Assembly (NCBI GenBank): GCA_034678485.1
Contig: JAXDBU010000187.1
Location: 24 to 64,023, forward strand
Direction: 5' to 3'
From: Sedimentisphaerales bacterium
Lineage (GTDB): Bacteria; Planctomycetota; Phycisphaerae; Sedimentisphaerales; Anaerobacaceae
DNA length: 64,000 nucleotides
Shown: positions 18,981 to 28,381 of the stretch, piece after piece
Layout: every line of letters starts with the position of its first letter
How positions within the stretch are numbered: position 1 is the first letter of the stretch
The notes under the pieces: model-generated
Seen by the model: only the letters and a program-made list of their open reading frames with translations
Told to the model about the DNA's origin: nothing
Database searches by the model: none
Made by a program: the position numbers and the translations under genes

Positions 18981-20581
18981 ATGACAATAGAACCAGGATC
19001 CTTGTTGCAGATGATATTGCTGCGAATCGCACCCTGCTCCGGCAGACCCTGGAGCCCGCCGGATACGATGTTCTCCTGGTGCCCGGGGGCGAAGAGGCGC
19101 TGAGTGTCGCCCAGCGGGCCGGGCCTGATCTGATTCTGCTCGATGTCATGATGCCGGGGCTGAATGGTTTCGACACATGCCGTCAATTGAAACAGCAGGC
19201 ATCGACACAGAGTATCCCGGTGATCTTTATCACGGCCAAGGACGACAGCGAGAGCGTAGTGCAGGGTTTCCGTGTCGGCGGCGTGGACTACATCACCCGC
19301 CCCTTCAACGAAGCGGAAGTCCTGGCCCGTGTCGATAATCACCTTCGGATCCACCAGCTCACCGAGCAATTGCAGCAGAGAAATCGCCAACTACAAGATG
19401 AAATTGCCCGACGCGAGCAGGCGGAAGGACAGTTGGCCCGGGCCGATGGTCAACTTTCGATGATCTCCGAACAGGAGGCACGGCGCTGGGGAATCGAGGG
19501 CTTTGTCAGCCGCAGCCCCACGGTCTGCGCTATCTTGAACGATGTGCGCCGGCTCCAACAAGCCGAGAGGACCGCCGTGCTGATCACGGGCGAAAGCGGC
19601 ACAGGCAAAGAGCTGATTGCTCGCGCCATCCACTTTGGCGGTTCAAGGTCCGGGAAACCGTTTATCGTCATGAACTGCTCTGCGATTCCTCGGGAGTTGG
19701 CCGAGTCGGTGCTCTTCGGCCACATGCGCGGCGCCTATACGGGAGCGCACGAGACCCGCAAAGGTTACTTCGCCCTGGCAAACGGCGGGACGCTTTTCTT
19801 GGACGAAATCGGCGACATGCCGCCAGAATTGCAGCCGAAGCTGTTGCGTGTTCTGGAAGATGGTCGTTTTACCCCCTTAGGTGGTACGGAGGAGCAACAG
19901 ACAGACGTCCGTATCCTGTCGGCCACGAATCAGGACCTGCGAAACAGAATCGCTCAAAAAGAGTTTCGCCAGGACCTCTACTTCCGTCTCGCCCAGTTCA
20001 CCGTGGTCGTGCCGCCACTGCGGGAGCATCCGGAAGACATCGCACTGCTGGTCGAACACTTCCTCGAAATGTTCGCGATCGAGATGGGAAAGAAGCGTCC
20101 CCGCCTGAGCGGTGAAGCCCTTGCTGAACTGCAGGGCTATGGCTTTCCCGGCAACGTCCGCGAGTTGAAGAACATCATCGAGCATGCCCTCATCAAGAGC
20201 GGCGGAGCCCCTATCCGGCCCGAGCACCTGCATCTGCTTGGCGAGGCCGACACCTCGGCCCGATGCGCCGCGACCAACGTAGGCGCCTGCCCCGCGGAGG
20301 ATTTTGAACGCCGCAAGGAACTCGTCATCAAGCGGGCACAAAAGCCATCAGCCCAGAACGAAGAACCGGGTCAGGAGCAGTCTGTACCCTTGATGACCGA
20401 CGAGGAAAAGATCTTCGCCTATGTCAAGCAGCACGGCAGCATCAACAACTCCGAATGCCGCCAGGTGCTCTCGTCCGACTACGATCACGCTTCCTATCTA
20501 CTCAAGAAGCTCCACAGCTACGGGCTGCTCGTGCGTGAAGGCGACGGACGTTGGGCCCGCTATAGCCTGCCTTTGCCCTGA
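18977..20581 (+). CDS. Sigma-54-dependent response regulator (REC + AAA+), with a non-Fis C-terminal winged-helix-like domain
   Basis: The start overlaps the kinase stop (ATGA). REC is [13 protein letters not shown], Walker A is [23 protein letters not shown] carries a GAYTGA variant of GAFTGA at 19730-19747. The C-terminus is ...[56 protein letters not shown]. Confidence 0.9.
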   Translation: MNDNRTRILVADDIAANRTLLRQTLEPAGYDVLLVPGGEEALSVAQRAGPDLILLDVMMPGLNGFDTCRQLKQQASTQSIPVIFITAKDDSESVVQGFRVGGVDYITRPFNEAEVLARVDNHLRIHQLTEQLQQRNRQLQDEIARREQAEGQLARADGQLSMISEQEARRWGIEGFVSRSPTVCAILNDVRRLQQAERTAVLITGESGTGKELIARAIHFGGSRSGKPFIVMNCSAIPRELAESVLFGHMRGAYTGAHETRKGYFALANGGTLFLDEIGDMPPELQPKLLRVLEDGRFTPLGGTEEQQTDVRILSATNQDLRNRIAQKEFRQDLYFRLAQFTVVVPPLREHPEDIALLVEHFLEMFAIEMGKKRPRLSGEALAELQGYGFPGNVRELKNIIEHALIKSGGAPIRPEHLHLLGEADTSARCAATNVGACPAEDFERRKELVIKRAQKPSAQNEEPGQEQSVPLMTDEEKIFAYVKQHGSINNSECRQVLSSDYDHASYLLKKLHSYGLLVREGDGRWARYSLPLP

Positions 20582-20957
20582 GTGACAGATGCGCTGAGCA
20601 GCGCGGGATAGCACCTGCTCAAGGCCCTCATGGTTCGCAGGGTTGTCCAAGACACTCCGGTCTTGGCATTGGCCCATATGGATAGTACCTGCCTGTGCGC
20701 CTGGGAGCAAGCTCCGGCGTTATCGCATCACAAGCACTCCACGTGAGGAGACTATCGCCCCTTCAGGCGGCGGTCTCTAAGCAGGCTATGAGTGCTGTAT
20801 GGGGAGTCTATGAGCAGCCTACAAGCACGCTCTGGACGGGGGTAGCCCAGGGGGGGGACACTCTCCAGAGATCAGGCTGGGAGCGGCTGACCTGTCCAGG
20901 CGCGTGGAATCCGGGATAGGGGGCATTGCGCATATGTCGGAGGGAGATTCGCGTCTC

Positions 20958-20973
20958 TGGTATGAGTGTTGCT
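20958..20973 (+). promoter_or_regulatory. Candidate sigma-54 (-24/-12) promoter upstream of the first sulfatase
   Basis: cTGGTATGagtgTTGCTa: the GG and GC are at canonical spacing (TGG-N9-TTGC). It lies 93 nt upstream of ATG 21066 and directly downstream of the sigma-54-type activator gene. Confidence 0.4.
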
Positions 20974-21065
20974 AAGGATTCTGCTGGGTATGGCGCTCTG
21001 GCCAGAATTGTCACAGCATGGTGTGCCCAGGATCACAGTGCGGTTCCTGCGAAAGGAGAGAAGTC

Positions 21066-22679
21066 ATGAAACAAATGTCAAGAGTCTTCATCACGTTCGT
21101 CTGCGGATTTGCTCTGGCGGCACTTGCCTCGCCGGCAACAGTGGCGGGGCAGGGCAAGAAGCCAAACATACTGGTCATCATGGGCGACGACGTCGGGCAG
21201 GCCAACATCAGTGCCTTTACCAAGGGGCTGATGGGCTATCGCACGCCGAACATTGACCGTATCGCGCAAGAAGGACTGCTCTTCACTGACTACTATGCCG
21301 AGCAGAGCTGTACCGCCGGGCGGTCCACGTTCATCACGGGCCAGAGCGTCTTTCGCACGGGTTTGAGCAAGGTGGGGATACCCGCTGCCCCCCAGGGACT
21401 GCGGAATAACGACCCGACGATCGCCGAGATGCTCAAGCCTCTGGGCTACGCGACCGGCCAGTTCGGCAAGAACCACCTCGGTGACCGCAACGAGTTCTTG
21501 CCGACTGTGCACGGGTTTGACGAGTTCTTCGGCAACCTCTACCACCTCAACGCTGAGGAGGAGCCAGAGGACTACACATATCCACAGGATCCGAAGTTCC
21601 GCATGATGTTCGGTCCTCGCGGTGTCCTCCGGTGCAAGGCCAGCGACCGGGACGACCCGACGGTGGACCCGCGCTTCGGCAAGATCGGCAAGCAGACCAT
21701 TGAGGACACGGGGCCACTGACCAAGAAGCGAATGGAGACGATCGACGATGAGACCTCGGCCGCGGCGATTGATTTCATCCAGCGGCAGACCACGGCCCGC
21801 AAGCCTTTCTTCTGCTGGTACAATGCAACACGTATGCACGTCTGGACTCACGTCAGGCCTGAGCACCGGAGTCCCCGGGGAGCGACGGCGCTCACCGAGT
21901 ACGCTGACGGGATGATCGAGCATGACGCCACGGTTGGCACTCTGCTCAAGACGCTCGACGACCTGAGCATCGCGGACAACACCATCGTCATTTACACCAC
22001 CGACAACGGCCCGCATGCCAATACCTGGCCGGACGCCGCGACGACGCCGTTCCGCAGCGAGAAGAACACCAACTGGGAAGGCGGTTTCCGCGTGCCCTGT
22101 TTCATTCGCTGGCCGGGCCACATTACGGCTGGTCAGGTCACGAACGAGATCGTGAGCGGTCTGGACTGGCTGCCGACGCTGGCGGCCGCCGCCGGCGATC
22201 CCGACGTAAAGCAAAAGCTGCTCAAGGGTTACGCCGTGGGCGACACAACGTATAAGGTCCACCTCGACGGCTACAACCTGCTACCCTTCCTCACTGGTCG
22301 AGAACCGAAGAGCCCGCGCCGTGAGTTCTTCTATTTCAGTGATGATTGCGAGTTTCTGAACCTGCGCTACGAGAACTGGAAGTTCGTTTTCGCAGAGCAG
22401 CGCTGCACCGGTACGTTTGCCATCTGGGCCGAGCCCTTCACGCCGCTTCGTATCCCCAAGTTCTTTGACCTGCGAGCGGATCCTTATGAACGCGCCGACG
22501 TCACGTCGAATACCTACTACGATTTCTGTGTAAGACACATTTATCTCATGGCACCCGCCATAATCTACGTCGAGAAGTTCATCGAAACCTTCAAGGAGTA
22601 CCCGCCAAGCCAACTGCCTCAGTCTATCAGGATTGAACAGGCGCTGGACAAGATGAAGCAGGCTGGCGGTGCCCTGTAG
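21066..22679 (+). CDS. Arylsulfatase (type-I sulfatase family), secreted
   Basis: AAGGAGAG RBS, then MKQMSRVFITFVCGFALAALASPATVAGQ signal peptide. KPNILVIMGDDVG, the active-site stretch SCTAGRSTFITGQ (Cys codon 21309-21311) and GKNHLGD are present. Confidence 0.9.
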   Translation: MKQMSRVFITFVCGFALAALASPATVAGQGKKPNILVIMGDDVGQANISAFTKGLMGYRTPNIDRIAQEGLLFTDYYAEQSCTAGRSTFITGQSVFRTGLSKVGIPAAPQGLRNNDPTIAEMLKPLGYATGQFGKNHLGDRNEFLPTVHGFDEFFGNLYHLNAEEEPEDYTYPQDPKFRMMFGPRGVLRCKASDRDDPTVDPRFGKIGKQTIEDTGPLTKKRMETIDDETSAAAIDFIQRQTTARKPFFCWYNATRMHVWTHVRPEHRSPRGATALTEYADGMIEHDATVGTLLKTLDDLSIADNTIVIYTTDNGPHANTWPDAATTPFRSEKNTNWEGGFRVPCFIRWPGHITAGQVTNEIVSGLDWLPTLAAAAGDPDVKQKLLKGYAVGDTTYKVHLDGYNLLPFLTGREPKSPRREFFYFSDDCEFLNLRYENWKFVFAEQRCTGTFAIWAEPFTPLRIPKFFDLRADPYERADVTSNTYYDFCVRHIYLMAPAIIYVEKFIETFKEYPPSQLPQSIRIEQALDKMKQAGGAL

Positions 22680-22852
22680 CCGCCGGGCGTCCCGCAGTCG
22701 CAGTGCGACTTTCCCTCGCTCGACTACGTGCACCGCTCATAGGAACATTGACTCAGATGGTCACCGAACCGGCTGGAACGGAGAGGCGAAGCGAAAAGCT
22801 GCTCCTGCCTTTCTCCGTTCCCCCCGGTTCGAATGAGAAGGAAAAGAAAGCT

Positions 22853-23842
22853 ATGAAACGGCTGAATTACGTCGTACTCGCTGTGCTCGCCGGGCTGGCC
22901 GTGGCAACGACCGCGTATGCTGCCGATCCGTTGCCTTCCTGGAATGACAGCTCCGCCAAGAAGTCCATCCTTCAGTTCGTTACTCGGGTGACGCAGCAGG
23001 GCTCGCCGGAGTTTGTATCTCCGGCCGAACGGATCGCGGTCTTTGACAACGACGGCACGCTCTGGGCGGAGCAGCCGATGTACTTTCAGTTCCTGTTCAT
23101 GCTCGACCGTGTCAAACTGCTGGCGCCCCAGCACCCGGAGTGGAAGACAGAAGAACCGTTCGCCTCTTTGCTCAAGGGTGACGTGAAAGCGACCCTTGCG
23201 GGCGGCGAACGAGCCTTGGGCCAATTGCTGATGGCCACACACGCAGGCATGACCACGGAAGAGTTTGAGAAGATCGTCAGTGATTGGATCGCGACCGCGA
23301 AGCACCCCAAGACAGGGCGGTTGTTCACCGAGATGGTGTATCAGCCGATGCTCGAACTGCTTGCCTACCTGCGGACAAATGGATTCAAGACGTTCATCGT
23401 CTCCGGCGGCGGCATCGAGTTCATGCGTCCGTGGTCGCAGCGAGTCTATGGCGTGCCGCCAGAGCAGGTCATCGGCAGCAGCCTCAAGACGAAATTCGAC
23501 ATGCGCGACGGCAAACCGGTGCTTGTCCGTCTGCCCGAAATTCACTTCATAGACGACGGCCCTGGCAAGCCCGTCGGTATCCAGATGCACATTGGCCGTC
23601 GTCCACTGGCGGCCTTCGGTAATTCCGACGGCGACCTGCAGATGCTCCAGTGGACCGCCGCGGGCAGTGGCCCACGCTTGTGCCTGTACGTCCGCCACAC
23701 TGACGCCGAGCGGGAATGGGCGTATGACCGCCAGTCCTCGATTGGCCGCCTGGACAAAGGCCTCGACGAAGCATTGGCGAAGGGTTGGACCATCGTCGAT
23801 ATGAAGAAGGACTGGAAGACCGTCTATCCTGTGGAGAGATAG
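22853..23842 (+). CDS. Secreted HAD-superfamily hydrolase (phosphatase-like)
   Basis: Signal peptide MKRLNYVVLAVLAGLAVATTAYA. HAD motif I is IAVFDNDGTLW, and later ...FGNSDGDLQML. The start is set at ATG 22853 after GGAAAAGAAAG. Confidence 0.7.
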   Translation: MKRLNYVVLAVLAGLAVATTAYAADPLPSWNDSSAKKSILQFVTRVTQQGSPEFVSPAERIAVFDNDGTLWAEQPMYFQFLFMLDRVKLLAPQHPEWKTEEPFASLLKGDVKATLAGGERALGQLLMATHAGMTTEEFEKIVSDWIATAKHPKTGRLFTEMVYQPMLELLAYLRTNGFKTFIVSGGGIEFMRPWSQRVYGVPPEQVIGSSLKTKFDMRDGKPVLVRLPEIHFIDDGPGKPVGIQMHIGRRPLAAFGNSDGDLQMLQWTAAGSGPRLCLYVRHTDAEREWAYDRQSSIGRLDKGLDEALAKGWTIVDMKKDWKTVYPVER

Positions 23843-23874
23843 CAGATAACAGGACGAAAGGAGAAAGCAACGTT

Positions 23875-24690
23875 ATGAAGGCTAAAGAGGCATGGGTCGT
23901 GTGTTTGGCGGGTATGTTCTGCCTGTGTAGTTTCTCGGGCGCGAAGGCCCAAGAACAGCCGGCTCACAAGATCACCGCTCAGGAAGTAGCGGAGATGCTG
24001 GCCGACCCATCGGCGACGATCACCTATCTGAATGCAGCCTATCGAACATACCAGGACGTGGGCCCAAACGACGATACGAACCAGGAGCTTCGATTGAACG
24101 GCGCAGGTTTTCTCAATCTGCCGAACGATACGTCGGTGCTGTACCGGGCGTTTCTGCCCTTGTATTCAACCGAGTTCCCGTTCGATGACCAGGGCGTGGG
24201 CGACGCTCTGCTCTCTGCGTATTGGGTCCCCAAGAAGGGCAACTTGATCCTCGGCTATGGCGGCGCGCTGATCACGCCGACGGCCTCCGAAGACTACTTC
24301 GGCTCCGGCAAGTGGTCAGCGGGACCAACGCTCGTCGTGGCCCAGAAGGTGCCGGGGAAGTTCACGGTCGGCGGATTGCTCACGCACGTCTGGTCTTTTG
24401 CAGGCGAAGAGGACCGCGACGAGGTTAGCCTGACCACCATCCAGCCCGTGGCGACGTTCTTCCTGAACAAGAAGGGCACATCGGTCAGTCTCATGTCGGA
24501 AACCACGTACAACTGGCAAGCCGATGAGGACCCGTGGCAAGTGCCTGTGACTGTCGGACTTGGTCAGATCCTGCCTCCGATCGGCAAACAGTTCATTGGG
24601 GTAGCCGTAGCGGGCACCTACTACGCCGAAAAAGCCGACTATGCGCCGGAATGGGACATCCGGCTGACCGCGTCGGTTGTCTTCCCCTGA
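23875..24690 (+). CDS. Putative outer-membrane beta-barrel channel (uncharacterised transporter-like OMP family)
   Basis: AAAGGAG RBS and signal peptide MKAKEAWVVCLAGMFCLCSFSGAKAQ. The sequence shows an alternating beta pattern, and the C-terminus is ...YYAEKADYAPEWDIRLTASVVFP. Confidence 0.55.
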   Translation: MKAKEAWVVCLAGMFCLCSFSGAKAQEQPAHKITAQEVAEMLADPSATITYLNAAYRTYQDVGPNDDTNQELRLNGAGFLNLPNDTSVLYRAFLPLYSTEFPFDDQGVGDALLSAYWVPKKGNLILGYGGALITPTASEDYFGSGKWSAGPTLVVAQKVPGKFTVGGLLTHVWSFAGEEDRDEVSLTTIQPVATFFLNKKGTSVSLMSETTYNWQADEDPWQVPVTVGLGQILPPIGKQFIGVAVAGTYYAEKADYAPEWDIRLTASVVFP

Positions 24691-24837
24691 GTCGAGAGCG
24701 TTCTTGCTCCGACCGGACAGGGCGAAGATCAAATTCTGGATGGCGAGTCTTCGCTTTCCAGAAAGAAACGGCCTGGCGTATTGCCCGCGTGGGCAGTGGA
24801 TCTGAAAGGTAAGGCATCTTAGAGACAAGGAGAACGA

Positions 24838-25566
24838 ATGAAGATGGGAATGAAGGTAATGTTCATGGCTGGCGTTCTACTGGCGACCGCATCGGGGCTC
24901 ATTGCCCAGGATGAGCACTGGGACTTCGAAGTCACGCCCTATTTCTGGGCGGCTGGAATCGACGGCGAGGCGACGGTCCAGGGCAATCACGCGGATATTG
25001 ATGCGGACTTCGAAGATATCATCGACGCGGTGGATGCCGGAGTAGGCCTGATGACCACGGCCCGCCGGGATTCCTTCGTGGTCTGGGGTCAGTTCGACTA
25101 TGTCGGCATGGACACGGATGAACTGGACGACGCACCTGCGGGTGGCTCGATCCAGACGGACAGCTTCCTGGCGGCGCTGGCTGCCGGCCTCCGATTCGAC
25201 TTGCCGCTCAAGGGCTCTACCATCGACGTTATGGCTGGCTTACGGTATGGCTGTGTGAAGACCGAGGTGGAGATCACCGGCGTGGGCAGTGGGGAGGACA
25301 CCGAGGATCTCATCGATGGCATCTTCGTGTTGCGCCCCAATGTTCGTCTGACGGAGAGGTGGCATTTCAATCCGACGTTCCTCGTCGGCGCAGGCGACTC
25401 GGAATTGACCTGGGAAGTGCAGCCGACCATTGTGTACCGGATCAACGAGGATCTGGCGCTCCGCGCGGGATATCGCCGGGTGTTCTACGACATCGAAGGC
25501 AACGGGGGCAACGGTCTCGAGCTCGCTTTCCAGGGCCTGCTCGTAGGTGTGGACCTGCTGTTCTAA
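24838..25566 (+). CDS. Small outer-membrane beta-barrel protein
   Basis: Has a signal peptide. EVTPYFWAAGIDGE...WGQFDYVGMD...GLLVGVDLLF ends in Phe. It is a paralogue of 37925..38656. Confidence 0.65.
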   Translation: MKMGMKVMFMAGVLLATASGLIAQDEHWDFEVTPYFWAAGIDGEATVQGNHADIDADFEDIIDAVDAGVGLMTTARRDSFVVWGQFDYVGMDTDELDDAPAGGSIQTDSFLAALAAGLRFDLPLKGSTIDVMAGLRYGCVKTEVEITGVGSGEDTEDLIDGIFVLRPNVRLTERWHFNPTFLVGAGDSELTWEVQPTIVYRINEDLALRAGYRRVFYDIEGNGGNGLELAFQGLLVGVDLLF

Positions 25567-25685
25567 CCACATCCGTCTCACCTGCGGCGAGACGAGAAAA
25601 GCCATGTGGTGGATGGGAGAGATTCCGTCAGGATCGTTCCTTGAAGCAGGCAAACAGTGAGAAAACAAATGCCAAGGAGACAGAC

Positions 25686-28118
25686 ATGAGGTGGCAAACG
25701 ACGAGAATCCTCAGTGCCGTCATCTGCACGGTCATTGGCTCGGTGCTGGCGGCGGGAATTCCATTCATCAGCCGCGCATCCGCGCAGGAGGTGCTGCCGG
25801 CGCCGGCGGCGCCGTTCAAAGGGCAGATCGCACTGAGTTCCAAAGACTCGAAGTCTGATTTCCCCAAGCCGGTTCAGACGCCCAAGGGTGCGCCCAACAT
25901 CGTGCTGATTCTGCTGGACGATGTTGGCTTCGGCGCGTCGAGCACGTTCGGCGGGCCGTGTCAGACGCCCACGTTGGACCGGCTGGCCCGGAATGGTCTG
26001 CGCTACACGCAGTTCCACACCACAGCCCTCTGCTCGCCCACGCGGGCGGCGCTGCTGACCGGCCGCAACCACCACTCAGTTCACACCGGCGTCATCATGG
26101 AGTTGGGGACAGGCTACCCCGGCTACGACACCCTGATGGGTAGGGACACCGCGACCGTTGCGGAGATCCTCAAGCAGAAGGGCTGGAACACCTCCTGGTT
26201 CGGGAAAAACCACAACGTGCCCGACTGGCAGACGAGCCAGGCCGGGCCGTTCGACCTCTGGCCCACGGGCCTGGGCTTCGAGCATTTCTATGGCTTCCTC
26301 GGCGGCGACACGAGCCAGTGGCGCCCGGCGGTATTTGAAGGCACCCGACCTATCGAGCCGTACATCGGCAACCCGGACTACAACTTCGATTACGACATCG
26401 CCGACCAGGCGATCCGGTGGGTGCGCAATCAGAAAGCGGTTGCCCCGGATAAGCCGTTCTTCCTCTACTATGCGCCGGGAGCCACCCATGCCCCGCATCA
26501 TCCGAAGAAGGAATGGATCGCAAAGTACAAGGGCAAGTTCGACCAGGGCTGGGACCAGGTCCGCGAGGAGACCCTGGCTCGGCAAAAAAAGCTGGACATC
26601 GTCCCGGCTGATACCCAGTTGACGAAGCGCCACGCGGAGTTGCCCGCCTGGGATTCCCTCGGGGCCGAGATGAAGGAGCTCAACGCCTACATGATGGAGG
26701 TGTACGCGGCCTACCTCTCCCAGACGGACTACAACGTCGGCCGGGTCCTCGATGCCATCGAGCAGTTGGGCCAGCTCGACAACACGCTGGTCATCTACAT
26801 CGTCGGCGACAACGGCGCGAGCGTCGAAGGGAACATCCAGGGTTCGCTCAACGAGGTTGCCTCCCTCAACCGAATCCCGGAAGACTTCAGGCAGATGCTC
26901 AAACGCAAAGACGACCTGGGCACGTGGAAGACCATCAACCACTACCCGGTCCCCTGGGCACACGCGATGAGCACGCCGTTCCAATATGCCAAGGGATATG
27001 CTTCGCACTACGGCGGCACTCGCAATGGCATGGTCATCTCCTGGCCTGCCGGCATCAAGGATCGCGGCGGCATCCGTGCCCAGTGGCACCACACAATTGA
27101 CATTGTGCCGACCCTTCTGGAATTATGCGGTTTGCAGCAGCCGTCCGTCGTCAACGGCGTGGCCCAGAAGCCCATCGAGGGCGTCAGCATGGCCTACACC
27201 TTCGACAACGCCAGAGCGTCATCGACACGACGGACGCAGTATTTCGAGATGTTCGGCATGCGGGGCATCTATCACGACGGCTGGGTCGCCTGTACAACGC
27301 CCTTGATGCCGTTGGGGGACTCGGGCGACCCCACGAGCGACGTCATCACTGGCTACAAGTGGGAGCTTTATCATGTCGAAGAGGACTTCAGCGAGGCCGT
27401 GAACCTGGCCCCACAGAACCCTGGCAAGCTCCAGGAACTGCAATTGCTGTTCTACGCGGAGGCCGCCAGGTACAATGTCCTGCCTCTGGAACACAACCGG
27501 GTTCCACGACTCGACGTGTCCATCCGTCCCAGCTTGACGCGAGGGCGGACCGAGTTCACCTACAACGGATGCGTCTCTCGCATTCCGGAGGGCGCCGCGC
27601 CCGACTTGAAGAACAAGTCGTTCCGCATCACCGCCGACGTGGTCCTTCCGAAGGGCGACGAACAGGGGGTCGTCGTGACACACGGCGGAATCGCCGCGGG
27701 TTATGCGTTGATGTTCGAGGCCGGCAAGCCGGTGTACCACTACAACTTCGGGAACGTCGCTCACTTCCGCGTCGCGGCCCCGGACGCCCTGACGCCCGGC
27801 AAGCACACCGTCGTCTTCGACTTCCGGTACGACGGCGGCGGCATCGGCAAGGGCGGCGCAGGGACGCTCCGCGTGGACGGCAAGCAGGTGGCCCAGGGGC
27901 GCATCGACAACACCATGCCCCTTCGCATCGCATTGGATGAGACGTTCGACGTGGGCAAAGACACCGGAACGCCCGTGCACGAGGGCTATGACGTGCCGTT
28001 CGAGTTCACCGGACAGATCGAGAAGGTGGTCGTCAGCCTCGGGGAGGCCAAACTCTCTGCTTCCGATCAGCAGAAACTCCAAGGCGCCGATCGCGAGGTA
28101 GCGCTCGCGATGCAATAG
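25686..28118 (+). CDS. Arylsulfatase (long form, about 810 aa), secreted
   Basis: Start at MRWQTTRILSAVICTVIGSVLAAG.. PNIVLILLDDVGFG and the canonical active site LCSPTRAALLTGRN (26031-26045) are present, followed by FGKNHN. Confidence 0.9.
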   Translation: MRWQTTRILSAVICTVIGSVLAAGIPFISRASAQEVLPAPAAPFKGQIALSSKDSKSDFPKPVQTPKGAPNIVLILLDDVGFGASSTFGGPCQTPTLDRLARNGLRYTQFHTTALCSPTRAALLTGRNHHSVHTGVIMELGTGYPGYDTLMGRDTATVAEILKQKGWNTSWFGKNHNVPDWQTSQAGPFDLWPTGLGFEHFYGFLGGDTSQWRPAVFEGTRPIEPYIGNPDYNFDYDIADQAIRWVRNQKAVAPDKPFFLYYAPGATHAPHHPKKEWIAKYKGKFDQGWDQVREETLARQKKLDIVPADTQLTKRHAELPAWDSLGAEMKELNAYMMEVYAAYLSQTDYNVGRVLDAIEQLGQLDNTLVIYIVGDNGASVEGNIQGSLNEVASLNRIPEDFRQMLKRKDDLGTWKTINHYPVPWAHAMSTPFQYAKGYASHYGGTRNGMVISWPAGIKDRGGIRAQWHHTIDIVPTLLELCGLQQPSVVNGVAQKPIEGVSMAYTFDNARASSTRRTQYFEMFGMRGIYHDGWVACTTPLMPLGDSGDPTSDVITGYKWELYHVEEDFSEAVNLAPQNPGKLQELQLLFYAEAARYNVLPLEHNRVPRLDVSIRPSLTRGRTEFTYNGCVSRIPEGAAPDLKNKSFRITADVVLPKGDEQGVVVTHGGIAAGYALMFEAGKPVYHYNFGNVAHFRVAAPDALTPGKHTVVFDFRYDGGGIGKGGAGTLRVDGKQVAQGRIDNTMPLRIALDETFDVGKDTGTPVHEGYDVPFEFTGQIEKVVVSLGEAKLSASDQQKLQGADREVALAMQ

Positions 28119-28189
28119 AAAACAGGGAAAGCAGGCCCTTCAGGACCCGCCTTCCCTCGGGATGTGCCGAGCAGAACACAAGGGAACAT

Positions 28190-28378
28190 ATGTTGACTGC
28201 CTCCAGATGGTTACTGGCATTCGCTGGCTTCTGGCTGATGTTCGACGCAGTTGCGATCATCGCGGGGATACCCAATCCGCTCTTCAACTGGCCAATGCCC
28301 TGCCCTGTGACTCTATTCTCTCTTGGGCTGGGTGTTCTGCTTCTTTCCCTGAGCAGCAGAGCGTTCAAAAAGGGATAG
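28190..28378 (+). CDS. Hypothetical small two-TM membrane protein
   Basis: 62-aa ORF with two hydrophobic helices (WLLAFAGFWLMFDAVAIIAGI / VTLFSLGLGVLLLSL). There is no homology evidence. Confidence 0.35.
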   Translation: MLTASRWLLAFAGFWLMFDAVAIIAGIPNPLFNWPMPCPVTLFSLGLGVLLLSLSSRAFKKG

Positions 28379-28381
28379 AGA

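Noticed and set aside
21078-28115. Long minus-strand ORFs opposite the sulfatase genes (21078..22262, 26076..27092, 27219..28115); the same occurs at 36271..38022 (583 aa).
   Set aside because: They are antisense shadows of strongly motif-bearing sulfatase genes, with low-complexity Arg/Val/Gly-rich translations.
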